From positions 1 to 64,000 of the IMG/VR virus record IMGVR_UViG_2974664081_000001: 64,000 bases of DNA. The stretch is one strand, 5' to 3'. The notes under the pieces were generated by a model, which searched no databases, was not told the origin of the DNA, and worked only from the letters and a program-made list of their open reading frames with translations. The stretch comes from a virus (Duplodnaviria; Caudoviricetes). Both the position numbers and the translations under genes were made by a program. Positions 44,701 through 54,626 of this stretch are shown here, in pieces (position 1 is the first letter of the stretch; every line of letters begins with the position of its first letter).

Positions 44701-47700
44701 TCTCTTGGGCGTAGTACCGGTCTGCCGGGTTCTGACTGTCAGGGTTGGCCATGAAGTCTTCCACGGACAGATTCTTCACCACATGACTGTAGAGCTTCTG
44801 GGCAGCAGCCATGCTGTTCGGATCGATACGAGCCTCGGTGGCCAATGCCGTCACGATGTTGCTGAAGGTAGAAGCCTGCTGCATATTCATCGGGAAGCCA
44901 TGAGCCATCATCGATTGACCAATCCGGTAGCTGGTCATGATCGCTTCAGACACCGAAGTCGAGGCCATCGGCTTACCGGGAACCAATGGTTCTCCAAGGT
45001 AACGGCCTACAGCATTGGCAAAGGCCTCGGAAACACGAGACAAGCGTTCATCCACTCCATAGATGGAGTTCTGGAACAAGGTGCTCGCCTTGTGACGGGC
45101 ACGGCCCGTTGGCTGCGAGTACATCAGCATCGAGCTGTTGAACAACAGGTTGCTGAACATGTCCTGCCCTTTGGCCGGGGCATTACGACGACCTCGGAAG
45201 AACATCGACTTGATCGCATCAAAGATGCTACCGGCAATCTGAGCCAGTTTGCTGGCCTTGGTGCGTTTACCCAGGCTGATCAGCGAACGGTTGGTCAGAC
45301 CCCAAGCCATGAACTCGTTCAAAGCCGCAGCCTTGTTTTGCGGGTTTGGCTTGTTCAGGTAACCCCGAATGGTATTGGCAGCATCGCTGTAAGCTTGGCT
45401 GACCTCTGCACTCACTTGGTTCAGTTCCAGATTCAGGAACTGGTCCATGAGGGCTTCGATTCGAGCCACAGCCAGACCACCTTGAGGGTTGTTGCGGGAG
45501 AACTCGGGATCACTGTAGTGGCCCAGCACAGTCTCAAAGGTCGAGGCATGCACCAATTCGTGGATCAGGGTTTCCGAGGTTGGGTTGATCAGGTAGATCG
45601 TCTGATCCCCCACCGTGGTGAAGCCCTTCACATCCCCGCCCGGCATTTCCGGCAAAGTGTGTCCTTGGTTCTGGGCGTAAGCAGCAATCTGCTTGGCCGA
45701 ACCGTAGACCACCTTGTAAGCCTTGGCTGCCAGCGAATCATTGATCTGCTTGAGCACTTCAGCCTGCTCAGCAGGCAGGTTCACAGCCTGAGCCAAGGAT
45801 CCCAAATCCGCAGCATTCAGCAGGTAGGCTCCAGATTCGTCTTGAGTCGAGAGGGCTTTAATCTCGGAACCAATGGCCTCATTGGTGTCCTGTTCCTGCG
45901 TGATCTTATTCAGGGCTTCGGTGTACATCACGTTCAGTTGATCGGCCAAACCTTCGGCATCAGTACCGGACAGGAACACTTGGCCTTCTCGGACATACGG
46001 ACTGGAGGCAGCAGCCATCTGGTCAATGGACAGCGAGACTTGGCTCATCACTTGGTGACGGGCCTCGATTTGCTGCTGAGCACTGTTCAGGTTGTTGGTC
46101 AGGTCCCGCATGGCTTCCCGGATCTCGTCAAGGGAAGCTTCCGAGTTGTTCAGACCAAACAAGGCACGGGACAGCTGCTGCTGGGTAGCAGCAGGGAATT
46201 TGCTGAGGTCAGCATTCTCCATGAACTGGCTGTAGCTGTCGTAAACGGCTTTGAGTGGGTTGCCCATCCAGCTGTCATAGACCGCTTGGTTGGCCACTTC
46301 CGAACCGGACTCGATCTGATCCAGAGGCATGTTCATACCGTCGAAGATCTTCAAGGTGCCAGTCGGAGCGTTATCGGCCACGGAGATGTTCTGCATCATC
46401 TGGCCGTCACCGGCACCGATGTTCATGAACGGAATACCCGCTACACCCGAATCAGCTGGACCATTTACAAAGGCAGGGGTACGGAACTGACCGTTGAGGG
46501 CATGACCAAAGTTGGTCGAAGCCACATCGACTGCCTGAGAACCCGAGATGAAGAAGGTTTGAGTACCGGTCTTCACAAACGGAGCCAAGTGCTCCAGCTT
46601 CTTGTAGATGTCACGGAGTTCTTTGGTGGTCAGGAAGTCACCTTCACGCCAGCCTTCAGTTTGACGCTTCTTGTTCAGCTCGGCTTCGACTTGGGTACGG
46701 AAAGCATTTTCCAGAACAATCGACTGCACCTGAGTAGCTTGCCGCAGCAGCTCAGCAGTACGGGTCAACGGAGCACCGACCGTCTCTTCAATGGCTTGAC
46801 GCATTGGGTTGACGAACATGTGCAGCATGTTGGACTGGATGTTGCGCAACTCACCTTCAGTGAAGGTGAACGTCTTTGGATCGTATTTGACTTTACGGTC
46901 AGACTCAGTGGTTTTGAACTTAAGATTACCGTCCTTGTCCACCGAAGCTTGAGTCGAGATCAGCCGTTGCAAAGCAGCAGCTGCCTTGTCCGGCAGGCGG
47001 CCACCGTTCTGAGCAATATCGGACATCCGCTCATAGACAGCATCGGTCACTGCCTTGGTCATCTTCCCGGCGATACCCGCTGCACCCGAACCATAGATGG
47101 TAATGGTCAGGGGGTTCTTGGCGATGCCTCGTTGCAACGTGAGATTGCCTTCCTCGTCCAGAGTCAGGTCACCCCCCAAGAACTCGTCCATCAGGTTGAA
47201 CAGATGTTTCAGCTGTTCATTGCCTTGTGGGTTCCCAGACAGCGATTGACGTAGGGATTCCAGATTGTCTTGCAGACGATCCGTAGTGGCCTGATAGAGG
47301 TCACGCTTGTCCTCACCTTCGTTGTAGCTGTTGACGGTTTCGCCCGGACGGTTGAAGTACAGGCCACCCTTGGCAATGTTGCGGATCCACTGCGGAGTGA
47401 ACTGACCTGTGGTGAACAGCACCATGGCATTGATCGGACCATTGGTTACCCCGTCCGCTTCCAGATACAGCGAGGTATCGAAACTGGCTTTCCCAGCATC
47501 ATCAGCCTGCACATAGCGAGCATATTCCATCAGGGCATGCAGACCCATGGGCGACAGGTCAGCATCAGCCGCCTTGAAGTCCTGAACCAAGCCCTCTACC
47601 AACTCATCCGGCAACATGGCCGAAGGTTGAGTAGTTTCGGAGATATCAAAGCGAGATACCCAGTCTTGCAGACGCTGCACCGAAGGAGCCAGACCACCTT

Positions 47701-50700
47701 CCAACATGCCTTTCAGCTTGTTCGAAACGTTCTCGAAGGACATCTTGTGAACTTTGATGCCCAGCAACTGAGCCATGCCCAGAGTAAAGCGACGGTAGTC
47801 TTGGCCGTTCTGATTCGACAGATCCAGTGTGGAGCGAGTTGGCAGAATGGCTTCCCGGACCAGCTTGTTGGCTTGCGGGTTGTATTTGCCCAGCATCTGC
47901 AAACGAGCCACTCGGGTCATGTTGAACTGGTAGTGGATCGGCGTCTGATCCAAGGCAGTACCGGCTTTTTTACCGATGTTGCCCACTTCTGCCAGCAGAC
48001 CTTGCAGCTCGTTGAACGCTGCCACAGTGCCACGGTTCACGCCATCCAGCGACTTGGCATGGTTGACGTTCATCTGCTCAGGATCGAACGAGCCAGCTGC
48101 AAACAGCTTGAGGACGTTGTCCACCCCCAGTGCCGAGTAGAAGCCCGCCATCTGTGGATTCACAAAGTACGGCGTGTTCTGCTCGTTCTCGATGGCCTGC
48201 AATTGCTGCTCAGTGTTCTGAACCAACGGATTCCGCAACTGGGTCTTGGCCACTGGAGGTCGTGCATTTTGCCCGATATAGCGAATCCCTTCCGGCTCGA
48301 CCATCACGGCTTGTTCAATGGCCGAAGGGAATTCCCGGAGAGGCGAATCCATGGGCAGTTCCACTGGTAGCAGACGGTCAATGGTCTTGGCGTCTTTCGG
48401 CGGCTTGACCTCACCTTTGACGTATTCGACCAGCTGGGCATTCTGCACATAGAACGACTTCTCAGTGAGCAGACCGTTGTCACGGAACACTCGCAGCAGT
48501 TCAGCTGCCATGGCTTCCGGGATACCTTCTTGCTGGCCAATCAGACCATTGCTGTCTGGCACCACACCCCAGTAGCTCTGGATTTTCGAGGCCAGTGTCC
48601 GCTTGGCTTCGACCACACTCATCCCTTGGTTCATCTGGTCAACCATCGCTTCCGACACCAGATCCGGGTTCAGACCGGTGATGGAAGCCACATCTTTGGC
48701 GTCAAGGACCGAACCAAACTGATCAGCCGTCAGCATCCACTGAAGACCGGCCAGTACCGAAGTCTCAGCCAGTTCAGGGTTGTACACCAGCGTATCGCCA
48801 TCCTGTTGAGTCAGGCTCAGAGCCTTGCCCTGCACAGTCGAAGGCAGATCGGAACCTTTCAGCATCTTACCGTTTTGTTGACGAACTTCACCGTCAGTCA
48901 GCAGCAGTTCCAGCATAGTCCGTTTTTCGGTCTTGCTGTACGGACGATTCAGGTAAGCCTGAAGGTTCTCGTTCAGTTCGCCAACAATCTGTTCACCTGT
49001 GCTGAGGTAGCCTTGGTAGGCAGTTGCAATCTCTTTGGTGTAGTCATGGGCCAACGACTTACCCATGTAACGGGTCAGACTGGCCGAGTCCTTCAAAGCT
49101 GCAACCACCGATGCCATTGGCGTCTCATCGCCTACAGTTCGGGTAAGCTGGTTATCAGGCAAGGTGAAAGCCTTGCTGAACTGGGAACCAATGAGATCCG
49201 GGTAAACGGCCTGCAGCCCTTTGAGTTCACGGACTGGGGCCTCCGGTTCGGGAGTTGGGGCAGGAGCTTCTGCCACTGGCTCCGAAACCTTTTCCTCTAC
49301 CACGGTCGAAGTTGGTACTTGGGATGGCGTAGCCTCTACCGAAGGCGCAGGCTGAGTTACAGCCGGTGCAGCAGGAGTTTCTTCGACAGTAGGGGCAGCC
49401 GTAGGCGCTGGAGGTTGGGCTGGAGTACGGTAGGCAGCTACCACATCCTTAGCCGGACGGTTCAGCGAATCATTAAGCGGAGTACCAACAATATGCTGAG
49501 CATCAAGATTCGGGAAAGCGGACACCATTCCGTTGTAAACGTCAGTCAGGACCTTGGTTTCAAGGGCCACAGTCTGAGCAAACTTTACAGAATTCTCGTT
49601 CCCTGGATGAACCTTCAGTCCCGCCTTGCTGGTAAACCACTCCCCGTTCGGGCCGAGAGCCTCATAGTGGACAGCCTCACTTGCCGGGTTCCCCGAAGCA
49701 AAGTGAGTGTTCAAGGCAGCAACCTTGTTCTGCATGCTGTTGACGAACTCGGACATCTGGAACAGGCGGCTACGTGCGAGATCAAAGTTGCCCGCCTTCC
49801 ACGCCGACATGATGCCTTGGGCATGTTGCAACGCCGATTTCCCTTTCTTACCGTATTCTGTCTTGACGTTGCGGCTTACCTGAGCCGATGCCGAGTCCTG
49901 TCCAAGACGAAGCGCTTCCTCATCGGCTGCTTTGGCCGCCCGAAGTAAGGCTACCGAAGTGTCCAAGGCTGCTTTCTGTTCAGGGGTTACCTGAATGCGG
50001 CCTTGAGAGACTTGATACAGAATTTGTTCGTTCTGTTCCAGATTACCCTTGTCCGGGGCAATCGCTGCCACAGTAACAGCATCCCGGATGGCTTCTTGCC
50101 CAGCAGGAGTTGCCAAAGACTCTTCCGTCACTGGAGCTACAGGCTGAGCTGCACGATTGGCGATGGCCTGTTGAACGGTGTTCAAGGCCTTCAGTACTTT
50201 AGGGCTGGAACCAATGGAATCCATCAGTGCCCCGTACTGATTGATGATCTGGGCTGCTTGGTGATCACCGGGGATCTGGTTCAGCAGCTCAGGATCAGCT
50301 TCCAGCAAGCGGGCGTAAGGTTCCAGTAGCTCGAACATTTCCAGACCGGCAGACAACTCTTCTCGGCTGCCTTCTTCGGCCTTGACCACCACATCCGACA
50401 GACGCTGAATGGCTTCCACCCGGTTGGTCGCACCTTCTACCACCGGAGCCATGGATGCTCTAACTTCGCCCGAATCAAACTGACTGGCAGTCAACAGGCT
50501 GTCAGCGTACTGCTGAACTTGCGCTTTTTGTTCCGGCGTACCTTCCAGACTGTCAATGGCTTCCTGAATGATTGGAGCCGCTTGTGGTGCAGTGGTTTGG
50601 GCTTCAGCAGCCGCTTGGGCTACAGCTTGATCCGAGATTGGGGAAGCAGCCGCATTGGCTTCTTGGATCGCATCGGCACGACGGGCTAGTGCATCACCTG

Positions 50701-52150
50701 CGGTATTGATAGCAGCCGCACCGACAGCCGAAGCACCTGCCAGTGAGGTACGGGCAGCCAATTTGGCCAGAGACGGTGCATGGGTAGCACCCGCAGCACC
50801 AAAGCCATAGAGGGCACCTTCGCCCACTTGACGACCAACACCTTCAGTCAGGGATTGGTTTTCATTGGCGTACTGGCCCTCAGCGAAGTTCTGAGCCAGT
50901 TGGGAAATACCACCTTGGACACCTTCTTCAACAGCTTCACGGCCCAAGTTGCCCACAGCTTCGCGGCCTGCACGGGCAGCCAGTACATCACCTTCAAAGC
51001 GGGAAACCAGCGTACCGGTAGCAGCAGCCAGAGGAGCGGTAATAGCCGCAGAGAGCTTACCGGTACGGTCTGCCACTTGAGCCTTGGCAGCCTCTTGGCT
51101 CAAACCTTGACCAATGAGTTCCCGGTACATCGGGGACTCTTCCATCAGCTTCTCATGGGAACGGCCCATGATATCGGCAGCCACTTGTTGGTAAGCACCC
51201 CCAGCTTCCATACCCCCGATGGCAGCCAGTACCGGAGCTTTGGTTGCAGCAGTGACAGCAGCCTGCCCGGCTTTACCAGACATCTCGGTAGCCAATACAG
51301 CTGCCCGGCCAGCATTGTTGGAGAGAACCAAGGAGCCTAATTTGGACAGGCCTTTGGTAATCGGACCAGCAGCCAGCAAAGAACCAGCAGCATTGGCCGT
51401 ACCGTCTGCCAACAAAGCCGGGGCCAGTGCAGCATTGGCAATCGAATTGGTGGCATCACGGCCAATGCGTTTTAAACCAGAGATGAAGTCCGATTCGCCA
51501 TTTTCGGTATCGATGGATTCCTGAACACGGCTGTCCCGTTCATCAAGGAAGTTGGCCGCCTCGGAAACTCGACGGGCAGTGTTTAGCTCATCGGATTGAG
51601 TAGTCCGCAGCCAGTCATTGGCCTTGCCGATACCGGCAGCAAGGGCAGCACCCGATTCAGGGGAAACTAGCCCAACACCCAAGTTGGCCAAGCCAGCGAG
51701 TCCATTAACGAAACCGGAACCAAGGGAGCTGGTAACGTCATAAGCAAAATCCCCAGCACTTGCAGCCGGGGTTTTCAAATCATTGAGCACTTCCGTACCG
51801 GCAGTGGCTCGGTCACGAATCATGTCCTGAGCAGCAGCCCCGTACTTGCCGTACAGATCCACTGGGGACATGTTGCGAATGTCTTGTTCCAGTTCGGAGC
51901 CATGCTGACCACCCGCACCCAGAACACGACCTACTGCCATTTGATAATCAGTAGGCAAACCACCCATGGCTACTCGTTTGGCATCCGAAGCTTGTGCTAC
52001 CTGAGCCTGCTTATTGGGCACAGTGGCTGCAATGTCTGCGGTCTTCTGTTGGTAAGGATTGGGATTTGGAAGTCCAGCATCAGCATTAGCTTCTGGAAGC
52101 ATCTGATCTGGGTAAGCCGCTTGACGCAAGAGGTCATCGATAGAGGCCAT
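41726..52150 (-). CDS. Virion-encapsidated RNA polymerase (N4 gp50-like vRNAP)
   Basis: 3474 aa; YLEADGVTNGPINA (A), RGIAKNPLTITIYGSG (B), LKIFDG (C); no Cys seen on reading, as in N4 vRNAP. Confidence 0.97.
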   Translation of the reverse strand: MASIDDLLRQAAYPDQMLPEANADAGLPNPNPYQQKTADIAATVPNKQAQVAQASDAKRVAMGGLPTDYQMAVGRVLGAGGQHGSELEQDIRNMSPVDLYGKYGAAAQDMIRDRATAGTEVLNDLKTPAASAGDFAYDVTSSLGSGFVNGLAGLANLGVGLVSPESGAALAAGIGKANDWLRTTQSDELNTARRVSEAANFLDERDSRVQESIDTENGESDFISGLKRIGRDATNSIANAALAPALLADGTANAAGSLLAAGPITKGLSKLGSLVLSNNAGRAAVLATEMSGKAGQAAVTAATKAPVLAAIGGMEAGGAYQQVAADIMGRSHEKLMEESPMYRELIGQGLSQEAAKAQVADRTGKLSAAITAPLAAATGTLVSRFEGDVLAARAGREAVGNLGREAVEEGVQGGISQLAQNFAEGQYANENQSLTEGVGRQVGEGALYGFGAAGATHAPSLAKLAARTSLAGASAVGAAAINTAGDALARRADAIQEANAAASPISDQAVAQAAAEAQTTAPQAAPIIQEAIDSLEGTPEQKAQVQQYADSLLTASQFDSGEVRASMAPVVEGATNRVEAIQRLSDVVVKAEEGSREELSAGLEMFELLEPYARLLEADPELLNQIPGDHQAAQIINQYGALMDSIGSSPKVLKALNTVQQAIANRAAQPVAPVTEESLATPAGQEAIRDAVTVAAIAPDKGNLEQNEQILYQVSQGRIQVTPEQKAALDTSVALLRAAKAADEEALRLGQDSASAQVSRNVKTEYGKKGKSALQHAQGIMSAWKAGNFDLARSRLFQMSEFVNSMQNKVAALNTHFASGNPASEAVHYEALGPNGEWFTSKAGLKVHPGNENSVKFAQTVALETKVLTDVYNGMVSAFPNLDAQHIVGTPLNDSLNRPAKDVVAAYRTPAQPPAPTAAPTVEETPAAPAVTQPAPSVEATPSQVPTSTVVEEKVSEPVAEAPAPTPEPEAPVRELKGLQAVYPDLIGSQFSKAFTLPDNQLTRTVGDETPMASVVAALKDSASLTRYMGKSLAHDYTKEIATAYQGYLSTGEQIVGELNENLQAYLNRPYSKTEKRTMLELLLTDGEVRQQNGKMLKGSDLPSTVQGKALSLTQQDGDTLVYNPELAETSVLAGLQWMLTADQFGSVLDAKDVASITGLNPDLVSEAMVDQMNQGMSVVEAKRTLASKIQSYWGVVPDSNGLIGQQEGIPEAMAAELLRVFRDNGLLTEKSFYVQNAQLVEYVKGEVKPPKDAKTIDRLLPVELPMDSPLREFPSAIEQAVMVEPEGIRYIGQNARPPVAKTQLRNPLVQNTEQQLQAIENEQNTPYFVNPQMAGFYSALGVDNVLKLFAAGSFDPEQMNVNHAKSLDGVNRGTVAAFNELQGLLAEVGNIGKKAGTALDQTPIHYQFNMTRVARLQMLGKYNPQANKLVREAILPTRSTLDLSNQNGQDYRRFTLGMAQLLGIKVHKMSFENVSNKLKGMLEGGLAPSVQRLQDWVSRFDISETTQPSAMLPDELVEGLVQDFKAADADLSPMGLHALMEYARYVQADDAGKASFDTSLYLEADGVTNGPINAMVLFTTGQFTPQWIRNIAKGGLYFNRPGETVNSYNEGEDKRDLYQATTDRLQDNLESLRQSLSGNPQGNEQLKHLFNLMDEFLGGDLTLDEEGNLTLQRGIAKNPLTITIYGSGAAGIAGKMTKAVTDAVYERMSDIAQNGGRLPDKAAAALQRLISTQASVDKDGNLKFKTTESDRKVKYDPKTFTFTEGELRNIQSNMLHMFVNPMRQAIEETVGAPLTRTAELLRQATQVQSIVLENAFRTQVEAELNKKRQTEGWREGDFLTTKELRDIYKKLEHLAPFVKTGTQTFFISGSQAVDVASTNFGHALNGQFRTPAFVNGPADSGVAGIPFMNIGAGDGQMMQNISVADNAPTGTLKIFDGMNMPLDQIESGSEVANQAVYDSWMGNPLKAVYDSYSQFMENADLSKFPAATQQQLSRALFGLNNSEASLDEIREAMRDLTNNLNSAQQQIEARHQVMSQVSLSIDQMAAASSPYVREGQVFLSGTDAEGLADQLNVMYTEALNKITQEQDTNEAIGSEIKALSTQDESGAYLLNAADLGSLAQAVNLPAEQAEVLKQINDSLAAKAYKVVYGSAKQIAAYAQNQGHTLPEMPGGDVKGFTTVGDQTIYLINPTSETLIHELVHASTFETVLGHYSDPEFSRNNPQGGLAVARIEALMDQFLNLELNQVSAEVSQAYSDAANTIRGYLNKPNPQNKAAALNEFMAWGLTNRSLISLGKRTKASKLAQIAGSIFDAIKSMFFRGRRNAPAKGQDMFSNLLFNSSMLMYSQPTGRARHKASTLFQNSIYGVDERLSRVSEAFANAVGRYLGEPLVPGKPMASTSVSEAIMTSYRIGQSMMAHGFPMNMQQASTFSNIVTALATEARIDPNSMAAAQKLYSHVVKNLSVEDFMANPDSQNPADRYYAQEKYNSIMGNYLTEMDIHGRSTLLPSFLALATVNDEFRAVLQKMELPRTERNQEGTLDAVLENAGNQVMDALTDRMAGIKKAANVEQAIDALNAHIGKQVQDRETFIDQMASKSGGYIDRANEIVVDGMTSLSQRLLDADSKARKAGANKVTRMVTGFGAGIGAVINEQSGQIVSQGVMTAMNRMKVWEPLHTLVNDLIGRTKNNASVYDMIKGVRSVVQQTRQQFREHLPSLIAEKFSRQLTAQEWSSLHMSMGKTDLAVLRDAFTQKQINEMITDSKKLDSNIATLESFLQNEDPAHWKLLQRKANQLANYMLTSDPGTNLLRNAYAVSQLFGESKQKDWATKGDTFVKGVDQLVTMYALKQLEPGHMDTLSSLVQTEGDGIGFTLSYLLGQRVDEQRKVNSPATQVNHFKGYIPSAQQEGVSMLVADDTEFAKLAAQSYVRVQEYGGSNLDRGKGNKSYYYAPAAARAGYEQGIMQNARQTASGVDATTGYSLAPNAGRITEEATVKKIAKAIANERSNRENLLPVYNPAGEVVAFERSLDPVMLERIQGENHLAKMIGQWRGRQVEEASSQKFNERLIDNLKAMYDKDLKASKANQAQYVNVFASSDPVLQDAAELFNRDTRDYIKSVFGDDFYVRKDMLNDALGYRSASIGDAWTGNSRWSPKTQETVKNLAISVFGNKAYQYTVNAETTLKNLVSDARVLIVVKSVVVPVSNLMSNVYQLAARGVPLVNVVRGMAKKTAEVDQYVKSRIRQIEAEAELRASTDDPIKTRKLNAEIQSITDAHKRMSIWPLIEAGEFSSISDAGLTRSEIQLTEGRLQAYVESLVSKLPGPIATMGRYAIITKDTALFQGLQKAVEYGDFLAKAVLFDDLTQRQKKDRKYALGRVSEEFVNYDRLSGRFRGTLENLGLLWFYNFKIRSVKVAASMIRNNPVHTLLATLAPAPTLFGSVGLPTEDNVVSKLLDGSLDYSMGPGQGLRAPELNPWANLVQ

Positions 52151-52209
52151 TGAGGAACCCTGTATTAGAGTTAAATATCGAGAAAGTCTACCTTAAAGTT
52201 GAGTCTAAT

Positions 52210-52240
52210 AAAAACAACAAAACCCCGCCAAGGCAGGGTT
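52210..52240 (-). terminator. Rho-independent terminator upstream of vRNAP
   Basis: Minus strand AACCCTGCC-TT-GGCGGGGTT followed by TTGTTGTTTTT. Confidence 0.7.
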
Positions 52241-52259
52241 CCATTGTATACGTCAACGC

Positions 52260-54131
52260 TTAGTCGTACAGACCGAAACTCAAATCTTCCCGATTGAATG
52301 CTACTGGAGGGGGGGCTGGCCGGTTCAGTTCAGCGTCTTTCTGCTCCGGCGAAACAGTTTCCTGATTCTGTTGGGCTGCCGGACGTTGGGCACGAAGAGC
52401 TGGAGTAGTCCGTTGATTGTCGATCAATGCACTGAGTCGTTGCTGAGCACGTTCATAGGCTCGCTGGTAGCGAGGAATAGAACTGGCCAGTTGAGGACGT
52501 TCCTGTGCAGCACGAACTACGGCTGCCAACTGTTGGGCTGCTTGTTGTTGGGCCTGTTGAGCCAAGGAGATTCCTTGACCTACAGCCGCAGCACTCTGGT
52601 TGGTCAAGGCTTGGTCGATGTTTACGCCGGTTCGTTGGGCTGTGATATCGCCTTCAAGACGTTGATCATTGAAGCCAATATTGCCACCCAGATTGGTCGT
52701 CCCACGGAAGTCCCGGCTGAATGGGTTAAAGGTACTGGCTCCCGAGATGTTCCGACGCAGAATGGCACCGGCTTGTGCAGGGTTGGTATTGCCTCGACGC
52801 ACGATGTCATTCAGCTGGTAGATCACATCAGCCCGGTTGGCTCCCTTGAAATCGGATGCCAGCAGAGTATCAGCCACCGTACCCACAGTGTCAGTGTTGG
52901 ACAGGTTCTGGAATAGGTCAGTGGTAGCACCTTGCTGACCGACATTCTGCATCTGCCGTACACCCAGATCAGCCTGAACTGCATTCACCTGCCCAGCAGT
53001 AACCGCCGGAACATAGTCCCGAGTCTCTTTAGGGAGCTTCGAGAGCCAAGCATCAGGATTACCTTCCCGAGTCGCTTCAGCGATGGCCTCACTGACACGG
53101 CCAGGACCAGCGTTATAGGCAGCAGCCGCTTTAGCTTCATCACCACCGAAGGTTTCCTTCTGCTTGTTGAAGTAGGCTTGACCCAAGGCCAAACTATACT
53201 GAGGATCGTTTTTCAGACGATCCGCACTCCAAGGCAAACCTGCCAGTTCAGCCGCTTCCGGGCCAGTACCGGGCATGATCTGGGCAATGCCCTGAGCACC
53301 CTTGTTGCTGGTCAGGGTCTTGCCATTCTTATCGAACTGCTGACCCCCAGATTCACGCTGGATCATGTTGCCGAATGTCGAGCCTTCACTCAGAGAACCG
53401 GGACCGTACATATTCGGGAAAATCCGGGACAAGGCCTCATCGGCTTTGAACTGGGAACCCGGAGTCGGAGCGGTATCAGCCTCGGCACGAGCACCCGCAG
53501 CATCAATCGAGTTACGCCGAGCATCACCCACGATTCCCAATGCGGTCTGGTTGTCAGTGTCATCCCGACGGGCCACATCCAGATTGAACTGGTTGGTATT
53601 GTTGGAGATCCGGCGACCATCGTTAGCCAGACGACCACCTACCAGATCTACTTGGTTCGCCAGTACACGAGCCTGTTCCTGAGGTTGCAATGCTGCAATC
53701 GTAGGATCGGTGTTGCCGTACAGACGAGATGCAGCACCACGGGCATTGTCATTGGCCGTGTCGATACTGCGAGTCCGGTCGAAGTTGTACTGGTTGGTGG
53801 TCATGGCTTGGCCCAGGGCAGCCTGACGCAGTAGATCCGCAGAGCGAGAACCAAGAGAAGCCAGTACCTGTGGGGATACCGATTTAGGATCGATGCCCGC
53901 CGTGATAGCACCTGAGGTCAAGGCTTCTTGGTAGGCCTTGGGATCGGTGTAACGAAGCGAGTTCAGAATGACCTGTTGGTCATTGGTTCGACGCTGTTCA
54001 TCACGAAATTGGGTCAAGCCCTCACTGATCCGAGAGAGGGCGTTGTCCACCATGGCGCCAGACGCTACTAGACCCCGGAGAGAGCTTCCGAAGTCAGGAG
54101 CATCCACATTACGCCAAGTCAGAGTTGCCAT
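52260..54131 (-). CDS. Internal virion protein with lytic transglycosylase (SLT) domain (gp51 position)
   Basis: IQRESGG, KGAQGIAQIMPGT, AAAYNAGPGRV, PKETRDYV. Confidence 0.88.
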   Translation of the reverse strand: MATLTWRNVDAPDFGSSLRGLVASGAMVDNALSRISEGLTQFRDEQRRTNDQQVILNSLRYTDPKAYQEALTSGAITAGIDPKSVSPQVLASLGSRSADLLRQAALGQAMTTNQYNFDRTRSIDTANDNARGAASRLYGNTDPTIAALQPQEQARVLANQVDLVGGRLANDGRRISNNTNQFNLDVARRDDTDNQTALGIVGDARRNSIDAAGARAEADTAPTPGSQFKADEALSRIFPNMYGPGSLSEGSTFGNMIQRESGGQQFDKNGKTLTSNKGAQGIAQIMPGTGPEAAELAGLPWSADRLKNDPQYSLALGQAYFNKQKETFGGDEAKAAAAYNAGPGRVSEAIAEATREGNPDAWLSKLPKETRDYVPAVTAGQVNAVQADLGVRQMQNVGQQGATTDLFQNLSNTDTVGTVADTLLASDFKGANRADVIYQLNDIVRRGNTNPAQAGAILRRNISGASTFNPFSRDFRGTTNLGGNIGFNDQRLEGDITAQRTGVNIDQALTNQSAAAVGQGISLAQQAQQQAAQQLAAVVRAAQERPQLASSIPRYQRAYERAQQRLSALIDNQRTTPALRAQRPAAQQNQETVSPEQKDAELNRPAPPPVAFNREDLSFGLYD

Positions 54132-54143
54132 AGAAGAGTCCTC

Positions 54144-54617
54144 TTAGCGGCTCAGGCTATTGGCTGCAATCAGACGATCACGCTCTTCATTCGACATGCC
54201 TTGAGCTACAGCACGAGAAGTCAGACGATCCGTCAGTGCAGTGTTATACGACTTGATCTGGTTGTTCAGGTTTGTATTGGTGATGTCCTTGGTGAACTTG
54301 AACTGATCACTGGCCAATTTCATGGCTTTGTTACCTTGAATCAAACCAGTGAGAGCCTGAAGGCCACCTAATGCCAGACCGGCAGTAGGGATATTCATCC
54401 CAAAACCCGTACCGGAGAGAGCATCAGTAGCATTAGGAGTACCTTGCGGTACAGAGAGGCCAGTGGTATTACCGCCTCCCATGAAAGAAGCGGTATTCCC
54501 TACCACTTCGGGGGAGGTGTAACTGGGGGCTGCAAAAGTCGTAGCCCCGTTACCTTGGTAGTTGCCACCACTGAACAGACTGGCCAGCTGGCTCTGAATG
54601 TCTTGGATAGTGAGCAT
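54144..54617 (-). CDS. Structural/ejection protein (N4 gp52-like)
   Basis: Synteny; NLNNQIKSYNTALTDR. Confidence 0.8.
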   Translation of the reverse strand: MLTIQDIQSQLASLFSGGNYQGNGATTFAAPSYTSPEVVGNTASFMGGGNTTGLSVPQGTPNATDALSGTGFGMNIPTAGLALGGLQALTGLIQGNKAMKLASDQFKFTKDITNTNLNNQIKSYNTALTDRLTSRAVAQGMSNEERDRLIAANSLSR

Positions 54618-54626
54618 GTGTTTTCC

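Noticed and set aside
41729-47254. 1841-aa + strand ORF antisense to vRNAP (and other long antisense ORFs such as 12831-14483, 24729-26804, 32434-34305, 36771-38690, 54885-56705)
   Set aside because: The 1841-aa ORF is codon-aligned with the vRNAP gene; its openness follows from avoidance of TTA/CTA/TCA codons on the sense strand. No RBS or recognisable motifs; the others look like the same effect
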